From contig CP051526.1 of NCBI GenBank assembly GCA_050916045.1, positions 64,001 through 128,000 of the forward strand: DNA of 64,000 bases, in the 5' to 3' direction. The notes under the pieces are model-generated. The model had not been told where the DNA came from. It was given only the letters and a program-made list of their open reading frames with translations, and did no database searches. Positions 56,168-64,000 of this stretch are shown here, in pieces; positions within the stretch are counted from its first letter, which is position 1, and every line of letters starts with the position of its first letter. This DNA comes from Tepidisphaera sp. GTDB lineage: Bacteria; Planctomycetota; Phycisphaerae; Phycisphaerales; UBA1924. Position numbers and translations under genes: made by a program.

Positions 56168-58361
56168 AACTGCTCCCGTCCGCTCGGGTGAGCTCGACCA
56201 CGGGCGATCCGAGGCTGAACAGGATCGCCGACGGCGAGCTTGGGTCTCCCCACGTGCGCACGACCGCGACGCGCCCGATGAAGACATCCGCGACGGTCTG
56301 CACGCTGAGCTTGGGATCGCTGTAGCCGTTGGCGTGGTAGCGGGCGACCTCGCTGACCGTGAGCAGGACGTGCGTCGCGCCCCGGGCCCGGAGAGTCTGA
56401 AGCCAGACGCCGGCTTGCGTGGCGGTGTCGCCGGGGTTCTTGTTCATGGCTTCAAGCAGCGGCCAGCGGTCCCAGACGGTGTTGTAGAGGACGGGCGTGG
56501 TGAAATAGAGGGGCCGGGCTTCGCCCAGGAGGTACACGACGCTTCCCTGCGGCAAAGCGAGGTTGATGAATTCAAGCGGGCTTGCGTCCTGCGTGAAGTA
56601 GACGAGCCGCTCGCCCGACGACGCTTTGTCGATCGTCGCCCGCATGGTTTCGCCGGATCGGTCGCCGGGCATGTGCAGCAGATCGGCTCCGGGATCTCCG
56701 CCGTTCTGGGTGCTGAAAACCTGCAGCAAAGCCGCCGCTTGCGTGAACCCGAGGATGACGCACAGGGCACGAGCGATCCCCGGCGCTCTGGACGCGACCG
56801 ATGCCAAGCCGAGCGCCGCCAGCGCCGCACCCGGGACCAGAAGCGGGAGCAGGAACCGCGACTGGATGTGTGTCAGCGTCAGCCAGAGCGCGAGCGCGGC
56901 GACCAAACCCAGGCAAAGACGAACCGCGAGCGTCCGGGTCGCAGGCGAAAGCCACGCCGCCACGCCCCCCGCAAGCACCGCCGGAAAGAAAAGAGCCCAC
57001 TGCGGGTGAAGCAGCCCGCGGTGCTGGTCCGACGTTTCGGGCCGCACGAACATCATCGCAACCCGGTCCGCGAGCGACGCCGTCTCGGCGTGAGCGGTGC
57101 GGTACCGGAGGTACTGATCCTCCGACCAGTGGGCGAGCCCGAACATCGAGTGGGCGAAGGGAAAGACCGGGTTGCCGCACGCGAGCCAGTTCCGAAGCAG
57201 CCACGGCAGCATGACCGCAAGCCCGGCAGCACACCCGGCGGCGACAAACGCAAGCCAGCGACGCGGCGGGAGCGATGCGAACACAAGCACCGCGACGGGC
57301 GCGCCAAGCAGGAAGAACGCCGGCGGCTTGACACTGCTCGCGGCGCCGAGAAGCAGCCCCGCGAGGGCGCCGCGACGCCACGGGGCAAGCTTGTCGTCGG
57401 TCGCGACCAGAAGCAGCGGCGCCGAGAGCGCGGTGACCGCCAGCTCGTTGTATGCCAAGCTTCCCACCACGATCGCCCAAGGGGTGCAGAGCGTCAGGGC
57501 GCCGGCCAGTGTGGATGCCGATCCCGCCTGTCCGCTCAGCCAAGCTTTCACCAGCCGCTGCGTCCCAAGCACGCTGAGAACGCCGAACCCCGCGTGCAGG
57601 AACTGGCACGTCAGGAGCCGCCATCCGTCGTCGGCGAGCAGCCCGTGCTTGGCGTCCGCTCCGCCCGTCATGATCGCCAGGTGCAGGAACCCCGCTTCGA
57701 CGTAGCTTGGCAGGTACGAGTAGACGTTGTGCGTGACAGGGACAAGCTTGTGAGCCGAGATCCACTCCTGCACGACCGGCAGGTGGTAGCTCAGAGCGTC
57801 AAACCCGCCGAACTCCGACCGCCACAGGGCTCCGTAGTCCATGCCCGAAAGCCCGCCCGGAGGGTTGCACGACGCGATCACGAGCACGGCGGCCGCGAGC
57901 ATGACCGGAAGCTTGTCCAGCATCGCCCACCGCGGCGGGGGAGCGTCATCGCTCGGCTCGCGCGGTCCCGTGCACTGATGAAGCAGGAGCGCAAGCCCGG
58001 CGACGACCGGCACCCAGGCGATCGCCATCGCGAGGGTTCCGGAAACAAGTCCGACCTGGCCGAGTAGGTGGCTCAGCGTCAGCATCGCCGCGACGCCGAC
58101 GCCGCCCTGCACCAGAAGCGGATCCTCGGACTCCCTGAAAAGCGGCCTGGCCAGTCGGCCAAGCCCGATCGCGCCCGCGAGGTAAAGCACCGCCGGCCAG
58201 GCCGAGGTCAGCGTCTTGAAGATGACGATCGAAGCCGCCGAAAGCCCGTGTCGCTCGCTGCTCGCCGCGGCGACCATGATGACCAGCGCCAGCGAGACGC
58301 CGATGTACGCCAGCGGAGTTCCCACCTTGAGCTGCGCCGGCATGGATCGTGGTTCGGTCAT
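56157..58361 (-). CDS. Large polytopic membrane protein, GT-C/PMT-like glycosyltransferase
   Basis: FDALSYHLP, YNE, ASSVKP, PWLLRNW..GNPVFPF, RFLLP motifs; many TM helices. Confidence 0.7.
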   Translation of the reverse strand: MTEPRSMPAQLKVGTPLAYIGVSLALVIMVAAASSERHGLSAASIVIFKTLTSAWPAVLYLAGAIGLGRLARPLFRESEDPLLVQGGVGVAAMLTLSHLLGQVGLVSGTLAMAIAWVPVVAGLALLLHQCTGPREPSDDAPPPRWAMLDKLPVMLAAAVLVIASCNPPGGLSGMDYGALWRSEFGGFDALSYHLPVVQEWISAHKLVPVTHNVYSYLPSYVEAGFLHLAIMTGGADAKHGLLADDGWRLLTCQFLHAGFGVLSVLGTQRLVKAWLSGQAGSASTLAGALTLCTPWAIVVGSLAYNELAVTALSAPLLLVATDDKLAPWRRGALAGLLLGAASSVKPPAFFLLGAPVAVLVFASLPPRRWLAFVAAGCAAGLAVMLPWLLRNWLACGNPVFPFAHSMFGLAHWSEDQYLRYRTAHAETASLADRVAMMFVRPETSDQHRGLLHPQWALFFPAVLAGGVAAWLSPATRTLAVRLCLGLVAALALWLTLTHIQSRFLLPLLVPGAALAALGLASVASRAPGIARALCVILGFTQAAALLQVFSTQNGGDPGADLLHMPGDRSGETMRATIDKASSGERLVYFTQDASPLEFINLALPQGSVVYLLGEARPLYFTTPVLYNTVWDRWPLLEAMNKNPGDTATQAGVWLQTLRARGATHVLLTVSEVARYHANGYSDPKLSVQTVADVFIGRVAVVRTWGDPSSPSAILFSLGSPVVELTRADGSSYGR

Positions 58362-58434
58362 GAGCTCCGGTTCCGCTCGAAACCCGCGCCCGGCGCGGCT
58401 TTCGCACGCCAACCGTATCACATACCATGATTCA

Positions 58435-58911
58435 ATGCCTACGAGCGCCCTTCCCGACATCATCGAGCCCCTGTGCGCCGTCTTCCGCCGGACCATCAAG
58501 GCCGCGGGCCAGAAGTACACCCCCGAGCGGGCGCAGATCCTCGACATGGTCGTCCGCAAGGAAGGGATCTTCGAAGCCGACGAACTGATCGCCGACCTGC
58601 GGGCGGCGAGGTTCCGCGTCAGCAAAGCCACGGTCTACCGAACGCTCAAGCTGCTCCTCGAAGCCGGCATCCTCCGCCGCGTGCTCGTGTCGGACGAACA
58701 GGCGCACTACCAGATGGTCTACGGGCGAACGCCCAGCGACCTCATCATCGTCGTCGCGACCGGGGATGAGCCCGGCCGCGTGATCGAGATCGATGTTCCG
58801 GAACTGACGGCCATCCGAGATCGGCTCTGCCGCGAGCACGGCCTCAGGCCGCAGGGGCACAGCTTCCAGGTGTTCGCGACGGTCAACGACCCGGAACGCC
58901 CACGCGGCTGA
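58435..58911 (+). CDS. Fur-family transcriptional regulator lacking canonical metal ligands
   Basis: GQKYTPERAQIL..EADEL..VSKATVYRTLKLLLEAGI; no HHDH or CxxC. Confidence 0.88.
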   Translation: MPTSALPDIIEPLCAVFRRTIKAAGQKYTPERAQILDMVVRKEGIFEADELIADLRAARFRVSKATVYRTLKLLLEAGILRRVLVSDEQAHYQMVYGRTPSDLIIVVATGDEPGRVIEIDVPELTAIRDRLCREHGLRPQGHSFQVFATVNDPERPRG

Positions 58912-59347
58912 TGCCCGCACGCTGGCAGGCTTCGTGGGCTTTCACGACCGCTTCGTAGGGGACGTCGTCGCTTGCGTCGAAGGACACGGCGAGGTTGTCG
59001 GCTCCGCGCTCGGTCGCAAGAGCTTGAAGTACCGCGGACAACCCGCTCGCGGACGTCTGAACCTCGCGGCGGGCGTTGTTTCCGGCCGCGCCGACCACGA
59101 TGAGGATCTGCGCCTCGGGCTGGCCTGGCGTGATGGTGAGGCGGACGGGCGTGATCTCCGCGGGCGCGGCTTTCGCCGAGGACTTGGCGGGCAGCGCGGT
59201 CTTGAGAAGCCACTCGGGCCCCATGACCGAAGCGGTCGCCATGAAGAATACCAGGATGACCATGACCACATCGACCATCGGCGTCATGTTGGGCATGGAC
59301 GCGGCGTGGGTGCCGGCGGCGGAGCGGTCGCGGTAGGGCCGGTTCAT
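58883..59347 (-). CDS. exbD: ExbD/TolR-family protein
   Basis: PNMTPMVDVVMVILVFFM; DDVPYEAVV. Confidence 0.88.
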   Translation of the reverse strand: MNRPYRDRSAAGTHAASMPNMTPMVDVVMVILVFFMATASVMGPEWLLKTALPAKSSAKAAPAEITPVRLTITPGQPEAQILIVVGAAGNNARREVQTSASGLSAVLQALATERGADNLAVSFDASDDVPYEAVVKAHEACQRAGISRVGVPGR

Positions 59348-59796
59348 GGGCTGACCCCCGGCGCTCGCTCGGTGACGAGCTTGACGCTGGTGAGACCCGC
59401 AGATCGGCACGCTTCCACAACCGGACGCACCTCGCCCCACGAAAGACGCCGGTCTGCGCGGATGGCAAGCGGAGCGGTCGCCGCGGCTTCACCCAGCCGG
59501 GACTTGAGCATCGACGGAAGCTCCGCCAGCGAGACGGGCGTGCCGTCCAGCAGAAGCTCGGGCGAACCCACCGTCGTCGTCGGGGCGATCGCGATCACAA
59601 GGCGGGGCGTCGGGTCCGTCTCGCCCACGCCCGTCGAAGGGAGCGAGATCGGCTTGCCCTGCTGCGAAGCCAGACGGCCGACCAGCAGAAAGAAGATGAT
59701 CAGGCACATCACCACGTCGATCAGCGGCGTGACGTTGATATGCCCGGTGCTTTCCGGGGCGTTGTGCGTGCGAAACTTGGAGCGGCGTCGGCCCAC
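59344..59796 (-). CDS. exbD: ExbD/TolR-family protein
   Basis: INVTPLIDVVMCLIIFFLL; IRADRRL. Confidence 0.9.
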   Translation of the reverse strand: MGRRRSKFRTHNAPESTGHINVTPLIDVVMCLIIFFLLVGRLASQQGKPISLPSTGVGETDPTPRLVIAIAPTTTVGSPELLLDGTPVSLAELPSMLKSRLGEAAATAPLAIRADRRLSWGEVRPVVEACRSAGLTSVKLVTERAPGVSP

Positions 59797-60477
59797 TCAG
59801 GCTTTCCCGCTTTCCGTCGCCGGGCAGGCTTCGATGGTGCGGGCCGCCACGATCATCGCCCGCGTGCAGTGGCGATCGATGATGCCGCGATAGACGCCGT
59901 ACGCCAGCAGGCAGGGAATGGCCAGGCACAGACCCAAAAGCGTGTGAAACAGAGCTTTGCTGATGCCCAGGGAAAGGTCCGTCGGACCCGCGTTTCCGCC
60001 CGCATCGCCGAGGGTCGTGAACGCGAGGATCATGCCCCACACCGTGCCCGCGAGGCCCACCAGCGGCCCAAGGTTGCCGATGACGTTGAGCATCTCGATC
60101 CGCCGGAACCACCGGCTGGTCTCTTCGCTGGCGGTAAGCTCGGCCAGTTCCCGCATCGCGTCCTTGCCCATGTCGCGGCGCGAGAGCGCCGAGCGAACGA
60201 TGACGGCGGGCATGGAGTTGTCGCTGGCGACAAACCCGCGAAGCTCCTCCCATCGCCCGGCTCCGGACATCTCATCAAGCACTTTCACCGTGCGCCCCGG
60301 CACGATCGCTCCCTCCCGCACCTCGAGAATCGCGCGGAAGACCCAGGCGAGCCCCACGACCGAACCGAGCAGCAGCAGGACCGTGAAGAGGTCAAAGCTC
60401 TGGCGGAACAGCGACCAAAGGCCGGTGCTTTCGCCGAGCGTGAGGACGCAAGCGGACGAATCAACGAGGTGAAGCAT
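59797..60477 (-). CDS. exbB: MotA/TolQ/ExbB proton channel
   Basis: LGPLVGLAGTVWGMILAF..GISKALFHTLLGL..AIP. Confidence 0.92.
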   Translation of the reverse strand: MLHLVDSSACVLTLGESTGLWSLFRQSFDLFTVLLLLGSVVGLAWVFRAILEVREGAIVPGRTVKVLDEMSGAGRWEELRGFVASDNSMPAVIVRSALSRRDMGKDAMRELAELTASEETSRWFRRIEMLNVIGNLGPLVGLAGTVWGMILAFTTLGDAGGNAGPTDLSLGISKALFHTLLGLCLAIPCLLAYGVYRGIIDRHCTRAMIVAARTIEACPATESGKA

Positions 60478-60499
60478 CGCGCGATCGTAACGCCTTCGG

Positions 60500-61153
60500 T
60501 CACGCTTCGTCGAGGTCGTCCGCGTTCATTTCACGGGAGAGGGTGAAGTCGCCCGTGAACCAGCGGTTGAGGTCCGCGAGCTTGGCCCGCTCATCCGCGA
60601 AGGGGTAGAACGGGGCGTTGGGCGCGACCGGCCGGCCGGTGGTGCGGCAGATCGTCGGTGGTCGGTCGATCAATTCGGTCACCCCCGGACGTTTGCGCCA
60701 CGCTTCCGGCAGGCGGAACGTAAGCGAACGTGACCCGGGACCGGTCGCTACAAGCCTGATCTGGGCGAACTCGTCATCTGGCCCGAGCGCGCCGGGGGCT
60801 TTCTCGGGCCACTCCGCGAGGACGATGGTGCGAGCGGTCACGAGCCGATCCCAGCCGACAGGTTCGAGGTCTTCGGCGGATGTCAGCCGGTAAAAGTCCG
60901 CGTGCACCAGTTCCGCGCCCGGCAGATGCGGAAGCGGGTACTGATTCACGATGACGTAGGTGGGGCTTGAGACCAGCCCGGGCGCGACCCCCAGCGCGGA
61001 AGCCAGATGCTGGACAAAGGTCGTCTTCCCCGCTCCAAGATCTCCGTGCAATGCCACCCGATCCCCCGGCCGCAGGACGCGAGCCAGCCCGGCCGCCATC
61101 GCGGCGGTCAGGTCGAGGGTGTCGCACTCGCGAGAAATCTCAATCACGCTCAA
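60500..61153 (-). CDS. tsaE: t6A biosynthesis ATPase TsaE fused to a C-terminal YacG-like domain
   Basis: LHGDLGAGKTTF, VSSPTY, HADFYRL, EWPE; then CRTTGRPV..PFYPFADERAKLADLNRW. Confidence 0.92.
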   Translation of the reverse strand: MSVIEISRECDTLDLTAAMAAGLARVLRPGDRVALHGDLGAGKTTFVQHLASALGVAPGLVSSPTYVIVNQYPLPHLPGAELVHADFYRLTSAEDLEPVGWDRLVTARTIVLAEWPEKAPGALGPDDEFAQIRLVATGPGSRSLTFRLPEAWRKRPGVTELIDRPPTICRTTGRPVAPNAPFYPFADERAKLADLNRWFTGDFTLSREMNADDLDEA

Positions 61154-61165
61154 GAGTAGAAGCGT

Positions 61166-62074
61166 TCAGACATGTTCCCACCCGAGGAGGTCGCCCCGGA
61201 TGATCTCCCCCGCCGGGCCCAGGACCCAGCAGCCAGAGTGCGGCTCAGGACTCACGATCAGGCCGATGCGGGTCACCGGCGTGCCCAGGATCTCCTCGGG
61301 AACCTTCGCGCCCGGGCTTGTCGTGAAGAGCAGTTCGTAGTCTTCGCCGTCCGCGACCGCCGCTCGCCAGCCGACGGCGTGGGGCGAGAGCGGCAGCGAC
61401 CGGCCATCGATATCCACCCGCACGCCCGAAGCCCGGCCCATCCGGCCCCCGTCGATCCCCAACCCGTCGGACAGGTCCATCATCGCGTGCAGGTCTGCTC
61501 CCAGGTGGTCCGCAAGCCACGCCGATTCCGCGAGGCGCGGTTCGAAGGTCAGATGGCGGCCCTGGCCTGTTTTCTTGTCCAGCGAGCCGCCGAGTGTGCC
61601 CGTGACCCAGACCAGATCGCCCCGCTGGGCTCCGCTTCGGAGCACCGGTCCGCGCGTCGGGTGCGGCTCACCGATGAGGGTGATCGCGAGGGCGAGCGCG
61701 GGCCCGCCGGAGATGTCGCCGCCGACGAGCGGGCAGCCGAAATGCCTCGCCCACCGGTCGCACGCGTCGAAGAGGTCGTTCGCGCGGGAGTATTCGGTCG
61801 GGATGGTCGCGGCGCAGAGGGAGGCTCTCGGTGATCCGGCCATGCCGGCGATGTCGGAGACCGCCCGCGCGATGGCTTTGCGAGCGATCAGGTCAACCGC
61901 CGTGCCCTTCGTGAAGTGCTTGCCCTCGACCACCTGATCGACCTTGAGCAGGGTGCTCGGCCCGGTGGCGAGCACCGCACAGTCGTCGCCGGGTCCGACG
62001 AGAACCCGCGGAAAAGCCATGCGCAGGTCCGCGGAGCGCTCGAAGATGTGTCGGAGGAGGCGTTCTTCGCTCAT
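61166..62074 (-). CDS. thiL: Thiamine-monophosphate kinase
   Basis: GPGDDCAV, SDIAGMAG, LVGGD, MMDLSDGL, GEDYELLFT, GWEH. Confidence 0.95.
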   Translation of the reverse strand: MSEERLLRHIFERSADLRMAFPRVLVGPGDDCAVLATGPSTLLKVDQVVEGKHFTKGTAVDLIARKAIARAVSDIAGMAGSPRASLCAATIPTEYSRANDLFDACDRWARHFGCPLVGGDISGGPALALAITLIGEPHPTRGPVLRSGAQRGDLVWVTGTLGGSLDKKTGQGRHLTFEPRLAESAWLADHLGADLHAMMDLSDGLGIDGGRMGRASGVRVDIDGRSLPLSPHAVGWRAAVADGEDYELLFTTSPGAKVPEEILGTPVTRIGLIVSPEPHSGCWVLGPAGEIIRGDLLGWEHV

Positions 62075-63048
62075 GGGGCGAGCCCGCGTGCTTTGATCCA
62101 CGCCCACTGCTTCTCGACGCCGGCGGCGAACGTGGTGGTGGGGCGGTAGTCAAGCTCGGAAGCCGAGCGGGCCGGGTCGGCGAAGGTTCGGTCGACATCG
62201 CCGGGCATCATCGGGCCGGGCGTGACACGTGGCTCTTTACCGACGACCTTTCCGATGGTCGCGATCATTTCTTTAAGCGAAACGGGAGAGCTTCCGCCGA
62301 GGTTCCAGATGCGGTACCCGTGCTTGTCGATCCGCTGGTAGGCGGAGACGACGCCCGAGACGATGTCGTCGATGTACGTGTAGTCCCGGCTGGTGGTGCC
62401 GTCGCCGAACATCCGGATGTGCTCACCGCGTGCGATGCGAAGCAGGAAGGACTGGATCGCCAGATCCGGCCGCTGTCTCGGGCCGAAAACGGTGAAGAAT
62501 CGGAGCATCGCCGTGGGCATCTTCGTGAGGTGCCAGTGGGTGTATCCGAGAAGCTCGCACGCCCGCTTGGTCGCGGCGTACGGGCTGATCGGCTCGCCGA
62601 CGTCGTCGGTCTCGGCGAAGGGGACGCGTGAAGCGTTGCCGTAGACGGAACTGCTGGAAGCGACAACGACGCGTTCGCAGCCGGCACGCCTGGCGGCTTC
62701 GAGGATCACGGAGGTGCCCTGCACGTTGGCGCGGGCGTAACCGACGGGGTCCTCGATGCTGGGTCGGACGCCGGCTTTGGCGGCGAGATGGATCACACCG
62801 GCGGGCTTGAGCTCGGCGAAGAGAGCGAACATCGCGGGAGCGTCGGCGATGTCGGCGTCGACGGTCCGGAACCGTGCGCCGCCGTCGCGCTCGACCTCGC
62901 GGAGGTTCTGACGCTTGAGAGCGACGTCGTAAAAGGGATCGAGGTTGTCCACACCCACGACCTCGTGCCCGAGCGCGAGCAGCCGCTGCGCCGTCCACGA
63001 GCCGATGAACCCCGCCGCTCCGGTCACCACGATGGGCCGATCAGGCAT
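62071..63048 (-). CDS. NAD-dependent nucleotide-sugar epimerase (UDP-glucuronate 4-epimerase-like)
   Basis: TGAAGFIG, HLAAKAGVRPS, ASSSSVYG, YAATK, RFFTVFGPRQRPD. Confidence 0.92.
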   Translation of the reverse strand: MPDRPIVVTGAAGFIGSWTAQRLLALGHEVVGVDNLDPFYDVALKRQNLREVERDGGARFRTVDADIADAPAMFALFAELKPAGVIHLAAKAGVRPSIEDPVGYARANVQGTSVILEAARRAGCERVVVASSSSVYGNASRVPFAETDDVGEPISPYAATKRACELLGYTHWHLTKMPTAMLRFFTVFGPRQRPDLAIQSFLLRIARGEHIRMFGDGTTSRDYTYIDDIVSGVVSAYQRIDKHGYRIWNLGGSSPVSLKEMIATIGKVVGKEPRVTPGPMMPGDVDRTFADPARSASELDYRPTTTFAAGVEKQWAWIKARGLAP

Positions 63049-63297
63049 CAAGACCTCCGAAAGGGGAGCGTAGTGGCCGAACTCGCGTCATCGGCGTGTT
63101 CATACCCAACCAAAATCTGAACGAATCGCCCCTAAAAATCAAGCAGGGCGCTATCGGTAGACAGCGCCCCGCTGGAGGAGAGAGAGATCATGAGAATATA
63201 CACAAGTTATCGTCCCCAGGATCCCAAATCGATCAGAATCTTCTCAGATTTTGTCTTGACAAGTGCCAAATAGGGTGAGTACCTGCGCGGTCGGCGC

Positions 63298-63342
63298 AAA
63301 AACGAACGAAGCCGCCGAGCGGAGGGTCCGCGCGGCGGCTTC
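63298..63342 (-). terminator. Intrinsic terminator
   Basis: Minus strand GAAGCCGCCGCGCGGA..TCCGCTCGGCGGCTTC followed by GTTCGTTTTT. Confidence 0.7.
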
Positions 63343-63358
63343 ACTCGATGCTGTCGTC

Positions 63359-64000
63359 TTAGCGCGGCGCGGGAACGTTCACGTCGGAGGACTTGGGCGC
63401 GGGCTTGTTCTCGCCATCGCCGCCGGGCCGGCGCGGGCCGCCTTCGCGGGAGCGTTCGAGGAAGCGCTTGATGGCTTCCTTGCGTTCCTCGGGGGACATG
63501 TTCTTGAGGCGCTCGCGGAGGCGTTCGGGCACGCGCGGGTCGTTCATGATTTCTTCGGGGGTCTTGCCCTTGAGGTCATCGAGGTTTCCGGCTTCGCCGG
63601 GCTTGCCCTTCTTCTGCATCTCCTCGGTCAGCCGCTTGATCTCGGCTTCGAGGAGCTTCTTCTGGCCGTCGGAGAGGGTCGACCAGGCTTTGGTCTGTGC
63701 CGTCTCGGGGTTGGGCCGCGAGGCGAGGATCTCCTGAATCCGGGCCAGGGCTTTCTTCGACGCTTCCGCGTCGGGTTTGGCGTCGGCGGGCGGAGCCATC
63801 ATCTCATCCTCGCCCGGCTTGCCTTCGGGCTTTCCGCCTTCCTTGCCCTTTCCGTTGGGGCCCGGGCGGGGCCGGCCTTCGCCGAGCTTGGCGCGGTCTT
63901 CGGCGGTGAGCTGGCTTCGGAGGGAAGCGAGTTCCTCGCGGTTCTTCTCCGTGAACTCGCGCGAGGCTTTCTGGAAGTCCTCGAGCGCGGTCTTGATCGA
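63359..64000 (-). CDS. Helical charged protein (Spy/CpxP-like LSxxQ repeats), 5' end outside the window
   Basis: Frame stays open to the window edge; LTAEDRAK, WSTLSDGQKKLL, MSPEERKE. Confidence 0.65.
   Translation of the reverse strand, partial: SIKTALEDFQKASREFTEKNREELASLRSQLTAEDRAKLGEGRPRPGPNGKGKEGGKPEGKPGEDEMMAPPADAKPDAEASKKALARIQEILASRPNPETAQTKAWSTLSDGQKKLLEAEIKRLTEEMQKKGKPGEAGNLDDLKGKTPEEIMNDPRVPERLRERLKNMSPEERKEAIKRFLERSREGGPRRPGGDGENKPAPKSSDVNVPAPR

Noticed and set aside
60500..62074. thiL-tsaE adjacency as a novel link
   Set aside because: This neighbourhood is common in bacteria. Only the YacG-like fusion is unusual.

Overview
A 64-kb high-GC chromosomal segment that looks like a Phycisphaerales-type planctomycete. 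The signs are GC-terminated dockerin-like proteins, a prepilin/H-X9-DG protein, a PEP-CTERM-like protein and ECF sigma/anti-sigma pairs. About 60 CDS mix housekeeping genes (menG/ubiE, polX, dnaX-ybaB, yajQ, class-3 fbp, ROK kinase, rplM-rpsI, pyrB, gmk, surE, nadE, exbBDD, tsaE, thiL) with six secreted proteins that share a C-terminal double EF-hand/dockerin tag ending in Gly-Cys. I saw no rRNA, tRNA, CRISPR array, transposase or prophage. Best observations: (1) a complete -1 frameshift cassette in dnaX with polarity opposite to E. coli, so the long tau chain needs the shift; (2) TsaE fused to a zinc-less YacG gyrase-inhibitor-like domain; (3) repeated loss of structural Zn/metal ligands in DnaX, YacG, Fur and ROK; (4) the GC-tag family, part of it clustered with a CPBP protease and a glycosyltransferase; (5) a circularly permuted domain nested inside its own paralog; (6) many apparently leaderless genes; (7) a 197-nt dual-coding overlap; (8) a Fur-box-like operator over an unannotated 44-aa ORF coupled to a heme oxygenase. 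All family calls come from motif recognition by eye, not from database searches.
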